Assembly: GCA_050012855.1 (NCBI GenBank) | Contig: JBEKGJ010000024.1 | Span: 3,682 to 67,681 of the forward strand | Direction of reading: 5' to 3' | Length of the DNA stretch: 64,000 nucleotides | Source: Verrucomicrobiota bacterium | GTDB taxonomy: Bacteria; Verrucomicrobiota; Verrucomicrobiia; Limisphaerales; J093 | Shown: piece after piece, positions 50,243 through 57,780 of the stretch | Layout of the letters: every line of letters starts with the position of its first letter | How positions within the stretch are numbered: the first letter of the stretch is position 1 | Translations under genes and position numbers: made by a program | Notes under the pieces: generated by a model | What the model saw: the letters and a program-made list of their open reading frames with translations, nothing else | Told to the model about the DNA's origin: nothing | The model's database searches: none

Positions 50243-51046
50243 ATGAAATCTCAACGCTTCCTCCTTCGGATTGTTCTGGTCGCCCTCGCCACCAGTCTTG
50301 CCACCTTCGCGTTCGCCCGCGCCGCGGACCTCGTCCATGCCAAGGACGGCTCGGGCGTTTATGGTTACAAGGACACGCCGAAGCTGCCGTGGTGCGAGTG
50401 GTTGGTTCATGATCCCGACCGGCCGGCGCCCAAGCGCGTTGATCCCGGCCCGGCCGGCCCGCCCGCGCCCATGCCGGCGGACGCCGTGGTGCTCTTCGAC
50501 GGCAAAGACCTGTCCGCGTGGCAAGCCTCGGAGGACAAGGTCGAGGACGGCTGCATCGTCACCGGCCATGGCAATCTCACGAGCAAACAGAGCTTCGGCG
50601 ACTGCCAGATTCATGTGGAGTGGATGGCGCCGGCGCATTTCCAGGGGCCGTGGTACAACCAGGGGAACAACGGCGTGTTCCTGATGGGGCTTTACGAGAT
50701 TCAGATCTTTGATTCGTTCAATGAGAAGATCTATCCCGACGGCCAGGCCGCCGCGATCTACGGCCAGACCCCGCCGCTGGTCAACGCCACCCGCCCGCCC
50801 GGGCAATGGCAGACCTACGACATCGTCTTCAAAGCCCCGGTGTTCGACGGCGGGAAGCTGGTGAAGCCGGCGCGCGTGACCATTTTCCACAACGGCCTGC
50901 TGGCGCAATTGGACGAGGAAATCCATGGCGAAACCGGCCATCGGATCATCCCCGAGTACAAGCAGAAGCTCAGCCGTGGACCGCTGGCGTTCGGCGGCCA
51001 CGACTGCCCCGTGCGCTTCCGCAACGTGTGGGTACGGCCGCTCTGA
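50243..51046 (+). CDS. DUF1080 (3-keto-glycoside hydrolase-like) exported protein
   Basis: Signal peptide; LFDGKDLSAW, FGDCQIHVEW, GNNGV, YEIQI, WQTYDI, FRNVW. Confidence 0.92.
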   Translation: MKSQRFLLRIVLVALATSLATFAFARAADLVHAKDGSGVYGYKDTPKLPWCEWLVHDPDRPAPKRVDPGPAGPPAPMPADAVVLFDGKDLSAWQASEDKVEDGCIVTGHGNLTSKQSFGDCQIHVEWMAPAHFQGPWYNQGNNGVFLMGLYEIQIFDSFNEKIYPDGQAAAIYGQTPPLVNATRPPGQWQTYDIVFKAPVFDGGKLVKPARVTIFHNGLLAQLDEEIHGETGHRIIPEYKQKLSRGPLAFGGHDCPVRFRNVWVRPL

Positions 51047-51063
51047 GGCGCCCTAGCGGGTTG

Positions 51064-53349
51064 CTATCGTCGCTTGACCAGAATCCACGTGTCGGCCTGC
51101 TCGCCGGTGACGGGGTCGCGCAGGTGCAAGATGTGCCGGCCCTCGACCATCCGCGCCCGCGGCACGCCCGCTACGCGACGGATTTCCAGCGTCTCGCTCG
51201 ACCACACCGCGTTGCTGGCGCCTTCGCCCTTCAGCGCCAGCCAGCGACCTTCATCCGGCAGGTCCGGGTCGAGGAAAAACGTGGTGCCCGGCAACGGCGC
51301 GACGAGCCGCAGATGCACGGGCGTCACGGCGTCCAGCACCACACGGTCGCCGAACGGATTGTCGCCGGAGGCCAGCCAGTCGCGGTATTCCACCGGCAAT
51401 CGCACGCGGCCTTGTTCGTCGTAATCTCCGGCCGTCTCCGCCGGTGGCAGTGCGTTGGCGCGGAACCGCTCCACCACCGCGTCCGGGCGGGTTGCCGCCA
51501 CGCGGTGGCCGCTGATTGGGTGAATTGGCGCCTCGACGATGTCCGCCGGTCGCGGAAACCACGACGTGCCGTGGCGCGCATGGAGCAACTCGAACACCTC
51601 GTGCAGGACCGGCGCGGCGCCGCTCACGCCCGACACGCGCGCCATCGGCGTGCCGTCGAAATTGCCGACCCAGACCCCAACGGTGAACTCGGGCGTGTAG
51701 CCGATGGCCCAGTTGTCGCGGAAATCCGAGCTGGTCCCCGTCTTACACGCGACCGGAAAATCAAACCGCAGAAACGATTCGCTGCCGAAGGCGGACGCCC
51801 TCGCCGCGTTGTCGCTCAGGATGTCGGCAACCAGCCAGGCGTCGGCAACTGTGGTGACCCGACGTGCTGGCGGAGCGGCCGGTTCGTCAGCCAGCAAACG
51901 ATACGGCTGGAATTCACCCAGGCGCGCGAGCACAGCGTAGGCGCTCACGAGTTCGAGCAGGCGCGTCTCGGCATTGCCGATCGTGAGGCCCAGCCCGTAA
52001 AACTCGGGCGGTCGATCGAGCGTGGTCAGGCCGCACTCGCGGAGCAACCGCTGCAGCGGCGCCGGTCCGCCCACGGAGGCGAGCACCTTCACCGCCGCGA
52101 TGTTGAGCGAGTTGGCCAGGGCCAGCCGATAACGAACCGGTCCGTGATTCCGGCGATCATAGTTCACCGGGTGGAACAAGCCGGTGGCCGTCGGAAAATC
52201 GGTGGGCACGTCGGCGACGAGGCTGGCTGGCGTCGCCCCTTGCCCCAAAGCGAGCAGGTAGGTGAAGGGCTTCAAGGTCGAACCGGCTGATCGCGGTGCC
52301 CAGGCGCCATTCACCTGCCCGGCCGCCGGGGCGAAATAGTCTTCCGAACCCACGAACGCGAGCACGCCGCCGGTTCCGTTGGCAATGACGACGACGGCAC
52401 CGTTCTCCGCGTGTTCGGAGCGCAGCCGCGCCAACTGGCCGCGCAAGGCGGTTTCCGCGGCGCGGTTCAATTCGAGATCGAGCGTGGTCGCGACGCGGCC
52501 CGGCGGGAACGGACCGCGCTGTTGCAGGAGGAGGTCCACGAAATGCGGCGCTTGAAAGGCCCGGCGCGCGGACGAAAGCCGCAGGGGTTCCACCACCGCC
52601 CGCCCGTATTCCGCCTCGCTTAACCGGCCGGTCGCCCGCATTCGCCCCAGGATCCATTGCTGCCGCTTCTGCGCGCGCTCGAAGTGACGGCGCGGATTGA
52701 ATCGCGACGGCGCCTGCGGCAGCCCGGCCAGGAAGGCGGCTTCGGCGGCGCTCAGATCGGCCGGGGGCTTCGCAAAATAGAACTGCGCCCCCTCGGCGCA
52801 ACCCACGCCGAGGTTGCCGTAATCCACGCGGTTCAAGTACTCCGTCAAGATGCGCTGTTTGTCCCAGACCTGTTCCAGGCGCAGCGCCTGGGCGGCTTCG
52901 ATAAGCTTGGTCCGCACGGTGCGCGGTCGCGGGTGAGCCAGCTTGATGAGTTGTTGCGTAATCGTGGACCCGCCCGAGATAACGCGGCCATGGCGGATCC
53001 ATCCGGCGGCGGCGCGCGCGGTCGCCAGCCAGTCCACGCCGGGATGCTGCCAGAACCGATGGTCCTCGGCGGCCAGCGTGGCATCCACCAACGCGGTCGG
53101 TATTTCATGGAACGCCAGCCGCCGAGTGAACTGGCCGTCCTGCGGCCGGGTCCGCAACGGCGCGCCGTGGTAGTCCACAAATTCAACCGCGGCGGCCGGG
53201 GGTGCGAACAAGGCGGCCGGCAGTGGAACCAGTGGAAGCGCCAGCCAACTCAGCAGGAACAGGGCGACTGGCGCCAGCAGCAGACCGAGCCACCAGCGCC
53301 GGCACCGGCGGAAGCGATCAACGGACGGCTGCACTGCGGAGGACGACAT
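51064..53349 (-). CDS. pbpC: Penicillin-binding protein 1C
   Basis: AEDHRF..HPGVD, GGSTITQQ, GSTLKPF, SLN, KTGTS, C-terminal BiPBP-like domain. Confidence 0.93.
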   Translation of the reverse strand: MSSSAVQPSVDRFRRCRRWWLGLLLAPVALFLLSWLALPLVPLPAALFAPPAAAVEFVDYHGAPLRTRPQDGQFTRRLAFHEIPTALVDATLAAEDHRFWQHPGVDWLATARAAAGWIRHGRVISGGSTITQQLIKLAHPRPRTVRTKLIEAAQALRLEQVWDKQRILTEYLNRVDYGNLGVGCAEGAQFYFAKPPADLSAAEAAFLAGLPQAPSRFNPRRHFERAQKRQQWILGRMRATGRLSEAEYGRAVVEPLRLSSARRAFQAPHFVDLLLQQRGPFPPGRVATTLDLELNRAAETALRGQLARLRSEHAENGAVVVIANGTGGVLAFVGSEDYFAPAAGQVNGAWAPRSAGSTLKPFTYLLALGQGATPASLVADVPTDFPTATGLFHPVNYDRRNHGPVRYRLALANSLNIAAVKVLASVGGPAPLQRLLRECGLTTLDRPPEFYGLGLTIGNAETRLLELVSAYAVLARLGEFQPYRLLADEPAAPPARRVTTVADAWLVADILSDNAARASAFGSESFLRFDFPVACKTGTSSDFRDNWAIGYTPEFTVGVWVGNFDGTPMARVSGVSGAAPVLHEVFELLHARHGTSWFPRPADIVEAPIHPISGHRVAATRPDAVVERFRANALPPAETAGDYDEQGRVRLPVEYRDWLASGDNPFGDRVVLDAVTPVHLRLVAPLPGTTFFLDPDLPDEGRWLALKGEGASNAVWSSETLEIRRVAGVPRARMVEGRHILHLRDPVTGEQADTWILVKRR

Positions 53350-53426
53350 GCGGGACGGTGATCAACATTTGCGAAACGGACGCGGAAAGCTGGTCCGGCT
53401 GCGGCGTGGTGTCAATCGTCCACACC

Positions 53427-53548
53427 GGACCGCGGCTGTGCCGGAGGCCAGCCGCAGCGCCAACGTCCGCGTAACGCGCAGGGATACGCCGGAGACCGCG
53501 GACCATTTCAACGGGCTGCGGCTGGGCCAGACCCCACAGCCGCGGTCC
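53427..53548. repeat. REPIN-like element, family B
   Basis: The left arm matches the reverse complement of 50117-50149 at 32 of 33 nt. Confidence 0.8.
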
Positions 53549-53625
53549 ATTCCTCCCACGGAAAGACTCGACGCCGTGGCAGGCGGCAGGCAACTTCGCG
53601 GCACGGGAGCCCGCTCCCGCACACC

Positions 53626-54477
53626 ATGAATCTCGCTGAACAGGAACGCGCGTTGCGCGTGGCCGTCGCCGCCGGCCGGGCGGCCGGCCAGCTCATGCGG
53701 CGGAATCTCCGCGCACCTAAAATCGTCAATGCGACGACTACGCACGACATCAAGCTCGAACTGGACGTGCGTTGCCAGAAGCTGATCGAGCGCCGGCTCC
53801 TGGCCGCGTTTCCCGCGACGGCGTTGTTGGGCGAAGAAGGCGTGGCGGGTGACGCGGACTCGCTGCTGCGCTGGGTGGTGGACCCGATTGACGGGACCGT
53901 GAACTTCACCTACGGCATCCCGCACGCCTGCGTGTCCATCGCGCTGCAACTACGGCAGGCACCGACGAACGACGACGCGTCGTTCACGACGGTGGTCGGC
54001 GTGGTCTATGATCCGTTCTGCGATGAAATGTGGACGGCGATTCGCGACCGCCCGGCGCGCCTGAACGGCCGGCCCATCCGGGTCAGCACCCGCAGCCGGC
54101 TGGCCGAAGCGGTCATCTCGGTGGGCTTCGGCAAGAAACCGGCAGTGCTGCGGCAAATGCTGCCGTTGGCCGGCGCCCTCGCGCTGCGCGTCCGTAAAGT
54201 GCGCATCATGGGGGCGGCAGCGCTGGGGCTGGCCTACGTGGCCAGCGGGCGGTTCGACGCCTACCTCGAGGGCGGTCTGCGGTTGTGGGACATCGCGGCG
54301 GGCGGATTGCTCATCGAATGCGCCGGCGGCGAGTTTTGGAATCGCCCGGTGGCCGGCGAGCACGCGTTCGAGATCCGGGCGAACAACGGCCGGCTGCGGT
54401 CGAAACTGGAACGTTACCTGCCGGATCGCGATTCCGCTTCAAAGCAACGGGCCGGTTCGTCATCCTCGGTCACGTGA
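53626..54477 (+). CDS. suhB: Inositol monophosphatase family protein
   Basis: GEE, WVVDPIDGTVNF, GAAALGLAYVA.GRFD, WDIAAG. Confidence 0.93.
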   Translation: MNLAEQERALRVAVAAGRAAGQLMRRNLRAPKIVNATTTHDIKLELDVRCQKLIERRLLAAFPATALLGEEGVAGDADSLLRWVVDPIDGTVNFTYGIPHACVSIALQLRQAPTNDDASFTTVVGVVYDPFCDEMWTAIRDRPARLNGRPIRVSTRSRLAEAVISVGFGKKPAVLRQMLPLAGALALRVRKVRIMGAAALGLAYVASGRFDAYLEGGLRLWDIAAGGLLIECAGGEFWNRPVAGEHAFEIRANNGRLRSKLERYLPDRDSASKQRAGSSSSVT

Positions 54478-55337
54478 AACGGTTGATCTTGCTCATCGTC
54501 GCCTTGTTGGCGTGCGTCGGCCGGCTGGCGCTGCACGCGGACAGTCTTGCCCAAATCCACACACCCTTGGGCGACCTCCTGCTCCAGCTCTACGACGCCG
54601 ACAAACCGGCGACGGTGGGCAATTTTCAGCGTTACATCACCAACGGACTGTATCGCGACAGCATTGTCCAGCGATGGGAACCAGGCTTTGTCATCCAGGG
54701 CGGAGGCTATTGGATCACCAACCGCAACACGACGAACGCGTTTTTCAGCACGGTGGTTTCCTTCGGGAACATCACCAACGAATTCAACGTCGGCCGGACG
54801 TTCAGCAATACCTACGGCACCATCGCCATGGCGCGCGTCAGCGGGGAGACCAATTCGGCGAATTCGCAGTGGTTCATCAACCTGACGAACAACGCGTTCC
54901 TCGACAGCGTGGACGGCGGGTTCACCGTCTTTGGCACGACGCTGCTGGGAACGAATGTGTTGAACCAGTTCAATGACGTCTCAACCAACGGCATCATCTG
55001 GTACGTGGACCTGAGCACAATTGGGTACCCCGACCTGGCGACCTTGCCGGTGCTCACGAACCAGCTTGCGACTTGGGCCGATATCTTTCCCAATTTCGTT
55101 TACACCGACTTCTCCCTGCCGGCCTGGCCGCGCGTGACGGCACAAGTCAACGCGGACGGGACGCGGCTGCTCTCCTGGAACAGCCTGAGCAATTTCGTCA
55201 ATCACGTGGACTTCACCACCAACCTGGCCGTGCCCTGGCAAACGCTCGTCAGCACCAACGGCGTCGGCGGGACCATGCAGTTCCTGGACACGAACGCGCC
55301 GGCGGCGGGACAGTTTTACCGGGTGCGCGTGCAGTGA
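54474..55337 (+). CDS. Exported cyclophilin-type peptidyl-prolyl isomerase with a C-terminal domain
   Basis: Signal peptide; PATVGNF..Y, FVIQGGG, NEF, GTIAMAR, SQWFIN, FTVFG; ends QFYRVRVQ. Confidence 0.9.
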   Translation: MKRLILLIVALLACVGRLALHADSLAQIHTPLGDLLLQLYDADKPATVGNFQRYITNGLYRDSIVQRWEPGFVIQGGGYWITNRNTTNAFFSTVVSFGNITNEFNVGRTFSNTYGTIAMARVSGETNSANSQWFINLTNNAFLDSVDGGFTVFGTTLLGTNVLNQFNDVSTNGIIWYVDLSTIGYPDLATLPVLTNQLATWADIFPNFVYTDFSLPAWPRVTAQVNADGTRLLSWNSLSNFVNHVDFTTNLAVPWQTLVSTNGVGGTMQFLDTNAPAAGQFYRVRVQ

Positions 55338-55347
55338 GCCGCCGAAC

Positions 55348-56232
55348 TCAGTCCGTGCCCCGCCAGCGCTCCAGCCGTTGTTGCAGCCGCTCCCGGTGAT
55401 TCGCGGCGACGGACAATCCCGGCAGGTCGCGCTCCAACTGATCCAGGGTCGGCACTTCGCCCCAGGCGGTGACGGTGAACAAATCGAACGCGTGCGGCTG
55501 GTCCAGCCCCACTTCGCGGTTCTTCCGCGCGAACCGCCGGCGCAGCGTGACCCGCCAGTCGGCCAGGTTGCGTGGCACGTCCATCCGGTGCCGGCCCACC
55601 CACGGCAGCCACTCGGTAATCTGGGATTGATGACACCAGCTCATCTCGGTGATCAGGTCGAACGCCGGCTCCACGTCCACCGCGAGGTCATAGGCATTCT
55701 CACCGAACATGTAGCCATCATGCACCGCCAGGATCACCGGCGTCTTGCGGGGGGTGGAACGCGTTTCGTCGGCCGGATATTCCGGCGTGAAAGCGTGGGG
55801 GACGTTGATGAGGTAGGCGACCTCGCGCACCGCCTGGGCCACCGTGAGATGGTCGGTGTGAACCCCGGCCAGCGGATCGCCCGGGAGCGGCGGACAAAAC
55901 AGATAGTCGGGCTCGAAATCGCGGATCGCCTTCCAGAGCGCCGCCAGAAAATCCGGCGTCACGCGCAGGCCGACTTCGCGCGACACCTGGCCATCCGGCA
56001 GCGACAGGAGGGCGAACTCATAGCCGCCAAGCTGGACCGACTTGAGTTGCTCCGTCAGCCGCAGCCTCGCCGTTTCCTCGCGGGTGCGGAAATGGTGGCC
56101 GGCCGCGCCATCGGTGCAGACGATCACCTTGCCGCGAAAATCCCGGCCAAGCTGCCGGCGCCACAACTCGAACGTGCCGGCCGCGGTGAACTCGTAGTCG
56201 TCATAGTGCGCGTGAACGAACAGCGCCTTCAT
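55348..56232 (-). CDS. PIG-L/LmbE family deacetylase
   Basis: HAHYDD, TDG, R..EQ, HTDH, HQSQ. Confidence 0.85.
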   Translation of the reverse strand: MKALFVHAHYDDYEFTAAGTFELWRRQLGRDFRGKVIVCTDGAAGHHFRTREETARLRLTEQLKSVQLGGYEFALLSLPDGQVSREVGLRVTPDFLAALWKAIRDFEPDYLFCPPLPGDPLAGVHTDHLTVAQAVREVAYLINVPHAFTPEYPADETRSTPRKTPVILAVHDGYMFGENAYDLAVDVEPAFDLITEMSWCHQSQITEWLPWVGRHRMDVPRNLADWRVTLRRRFARKNREVGLDQPHAFDLFTVTAWGEVPTLDQLERDLPGLSVAANHRERLQQRLERWRGTD

Positions 56233-56248
56233 CCCGTGGTCCTCCCGG

Positions 56249-57628
56249 TCAAGGCCGCGGCTCAGCCGCCAGCCGCACCCCGTTCAGCGCCACATAGAGC
56301 GGAGCGGCGCCCGCGCTGACCGTCAGGCGCCCCGACTCGTAGCGGATCCGGGCCTGCTCGCTTCCGCCCGCCGACGCGGTGAGCGCCGCCCCGCCGTCGG
56401 TCGCGAGGTCCAGACCAAATCGCTCCCCCTGCCCGGTCACGGCCTGGATGCGGGCTCGACGCTGCAGCCGCGCCCCGAGGCTGACCTCATGCGCCTCGCC
56501 GGTCGTCCAGACGGCCAGCTTTTCCTCGCCTCGCGCGCTGGCAAACAGCAGCACGAAATCGGCGTCATGGCCCGCTGGCAGTCGTTTGACCAGGTGGAAG
56601 CCGCCCAGTTCCCCGGTCAGGGTCTTGACCGCGGTATAGGCGGGCTTGGGTGTCAGATCAGGCAGGACGGTGCCGAAATTGTGTTCGCGTTCGCCGGCGT
56701 CGTTGCCGTCGTTCTTCCAGTCGTACCAGATCGAGAGCGGCACCCCAATGTAGAGATTCGCGAGCTGTTGGCGGACGATGAAGGCCGCCTGGGTTTCAAG
56801 CGAAACACCCTTCGTGTGGGTCGCGTAGCCCCACTCGCCGCTGATGATCGGCAGGTTCTTTTTGCCGGCCGGAGCGTAACGCTGGATCAGGGCGCGCAGT
56901 TTCGCGTAATCCTCGGCCGCCGTTTCCGGCGGTTTCCGATAGTCCCGGTAGGGATGCACACTCACGGCGTCGAGTTGCGCCAGTCCGCCGGCGGCGAAGA
57001 AATCCTCGAGAAACTTGAGCGGCACCTCGGAGGTGGCCGGAGCAATGATCGTCGCGTGCGGATCGGCCGCGCGCACCGCCCGGCACGTCGCCAGCGCCAG
57101 GGCGGTGTATTGTGCGGCGTCCGGCTTCGGTTTCCAGAAGAAGATGTTAGGCTCGTTCCAGATTTCCCAGATGACCCGCCGGCCCTTGAAATGGCTGGCC
57201 GCGGCGGCGGCCCAGCGCGCGAAGGCGGCAATGCTCTCCGGGTGCTGTGGCGAGGCCGTGTCTTTCTGTCCGCCGCCGAAGACCGGGTTTCGTGTGGCCA
57301 CCGTCCCCTCATAAAGCGGATTCGAGTAGTCGAGAATCAGGATGGCCCGCAGCCCGCGCCGGTCGAGGTTGCCGACGAGTTCGTCGGGCGCCGACCAGTC
57401 ATACTGGCCGCGCGTGCGCTCGATGGCCTCCCAGCCAAGGTCCATGCGGACGAATCTGAAGCCCGCGGCGGCAATGCGGTCGAGGTCCGCGGTGTGCCCC
57501 CGGTTGAAATGGATGTTCACGCCCACGCCGGCGGGCAGGGTGAGAGGCGGGAGATCCGCGGCCAACACCGCACTCCCTCCGCCGGCGAGCAGCAGGAGCA
57601 ATCGGGCTTTCGCGTGCAGGCAGTTCAT
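56249..57628 (-). CDS. Exported clan GH-A glycoside hydrolase (GH39/GH5-like)
   Basis: GVNIH, WEIWNEPN (acid/base), SVHPY, SGEWGY (nucleophile). Confidence 0.85.
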   Translation of the reverse strand: MNCLHAKARLLLLLAGGGSAVLAADLPPLTLPAGVGVNIHFNRGHTADLDRIAAAGFRFVRMDLGWEAIERTRGQYDWSAPDELVGNLDRRGLRAILILDYSNPLYEGTVATRNPVFGGGQKDTASPQHPESIAAFARWAAAAASHFKGRRVIWEIWNEPNIFFWKPKPDAAQYTALALATCRAVRAADPHATIIAPATSEVPLKFLEDFFAAGGLAQLDAVSVHPYRDYRKPPETAAEDYAKLRALIQRYAPAGKKNLPIISGEWGYATHTKGVSLETQAAFIVRQQLANLYIGVPLSIWYDWKNDGNDAGEREHNFGTVLPDLTPKPAYTAVKTLTGELGGFHLVKRLPAGHDADFVLLFASARGEEKLAVWTTGEAHEVSLGARLQRRARIQAVTGQGERFGLDLATDGGAALTASAGGSEQARIRYESGRLTVSAGAAPLYVALNGVRLAAEPRP

Positions 57629-57780
57629 CGGCGCAGGTGTAAACCCAGGCGGCCCCCCGCGCAAGCCCGGCAATTCTTGGTGCAGGTCCGGCCCGGAACC
57701 TGCTACCGTTGGACGGACGGCGCGGCTGATTGTGAGGATTAGTCTTCATGGCGGCCCGTCGAGATGTAACCGATGACACA

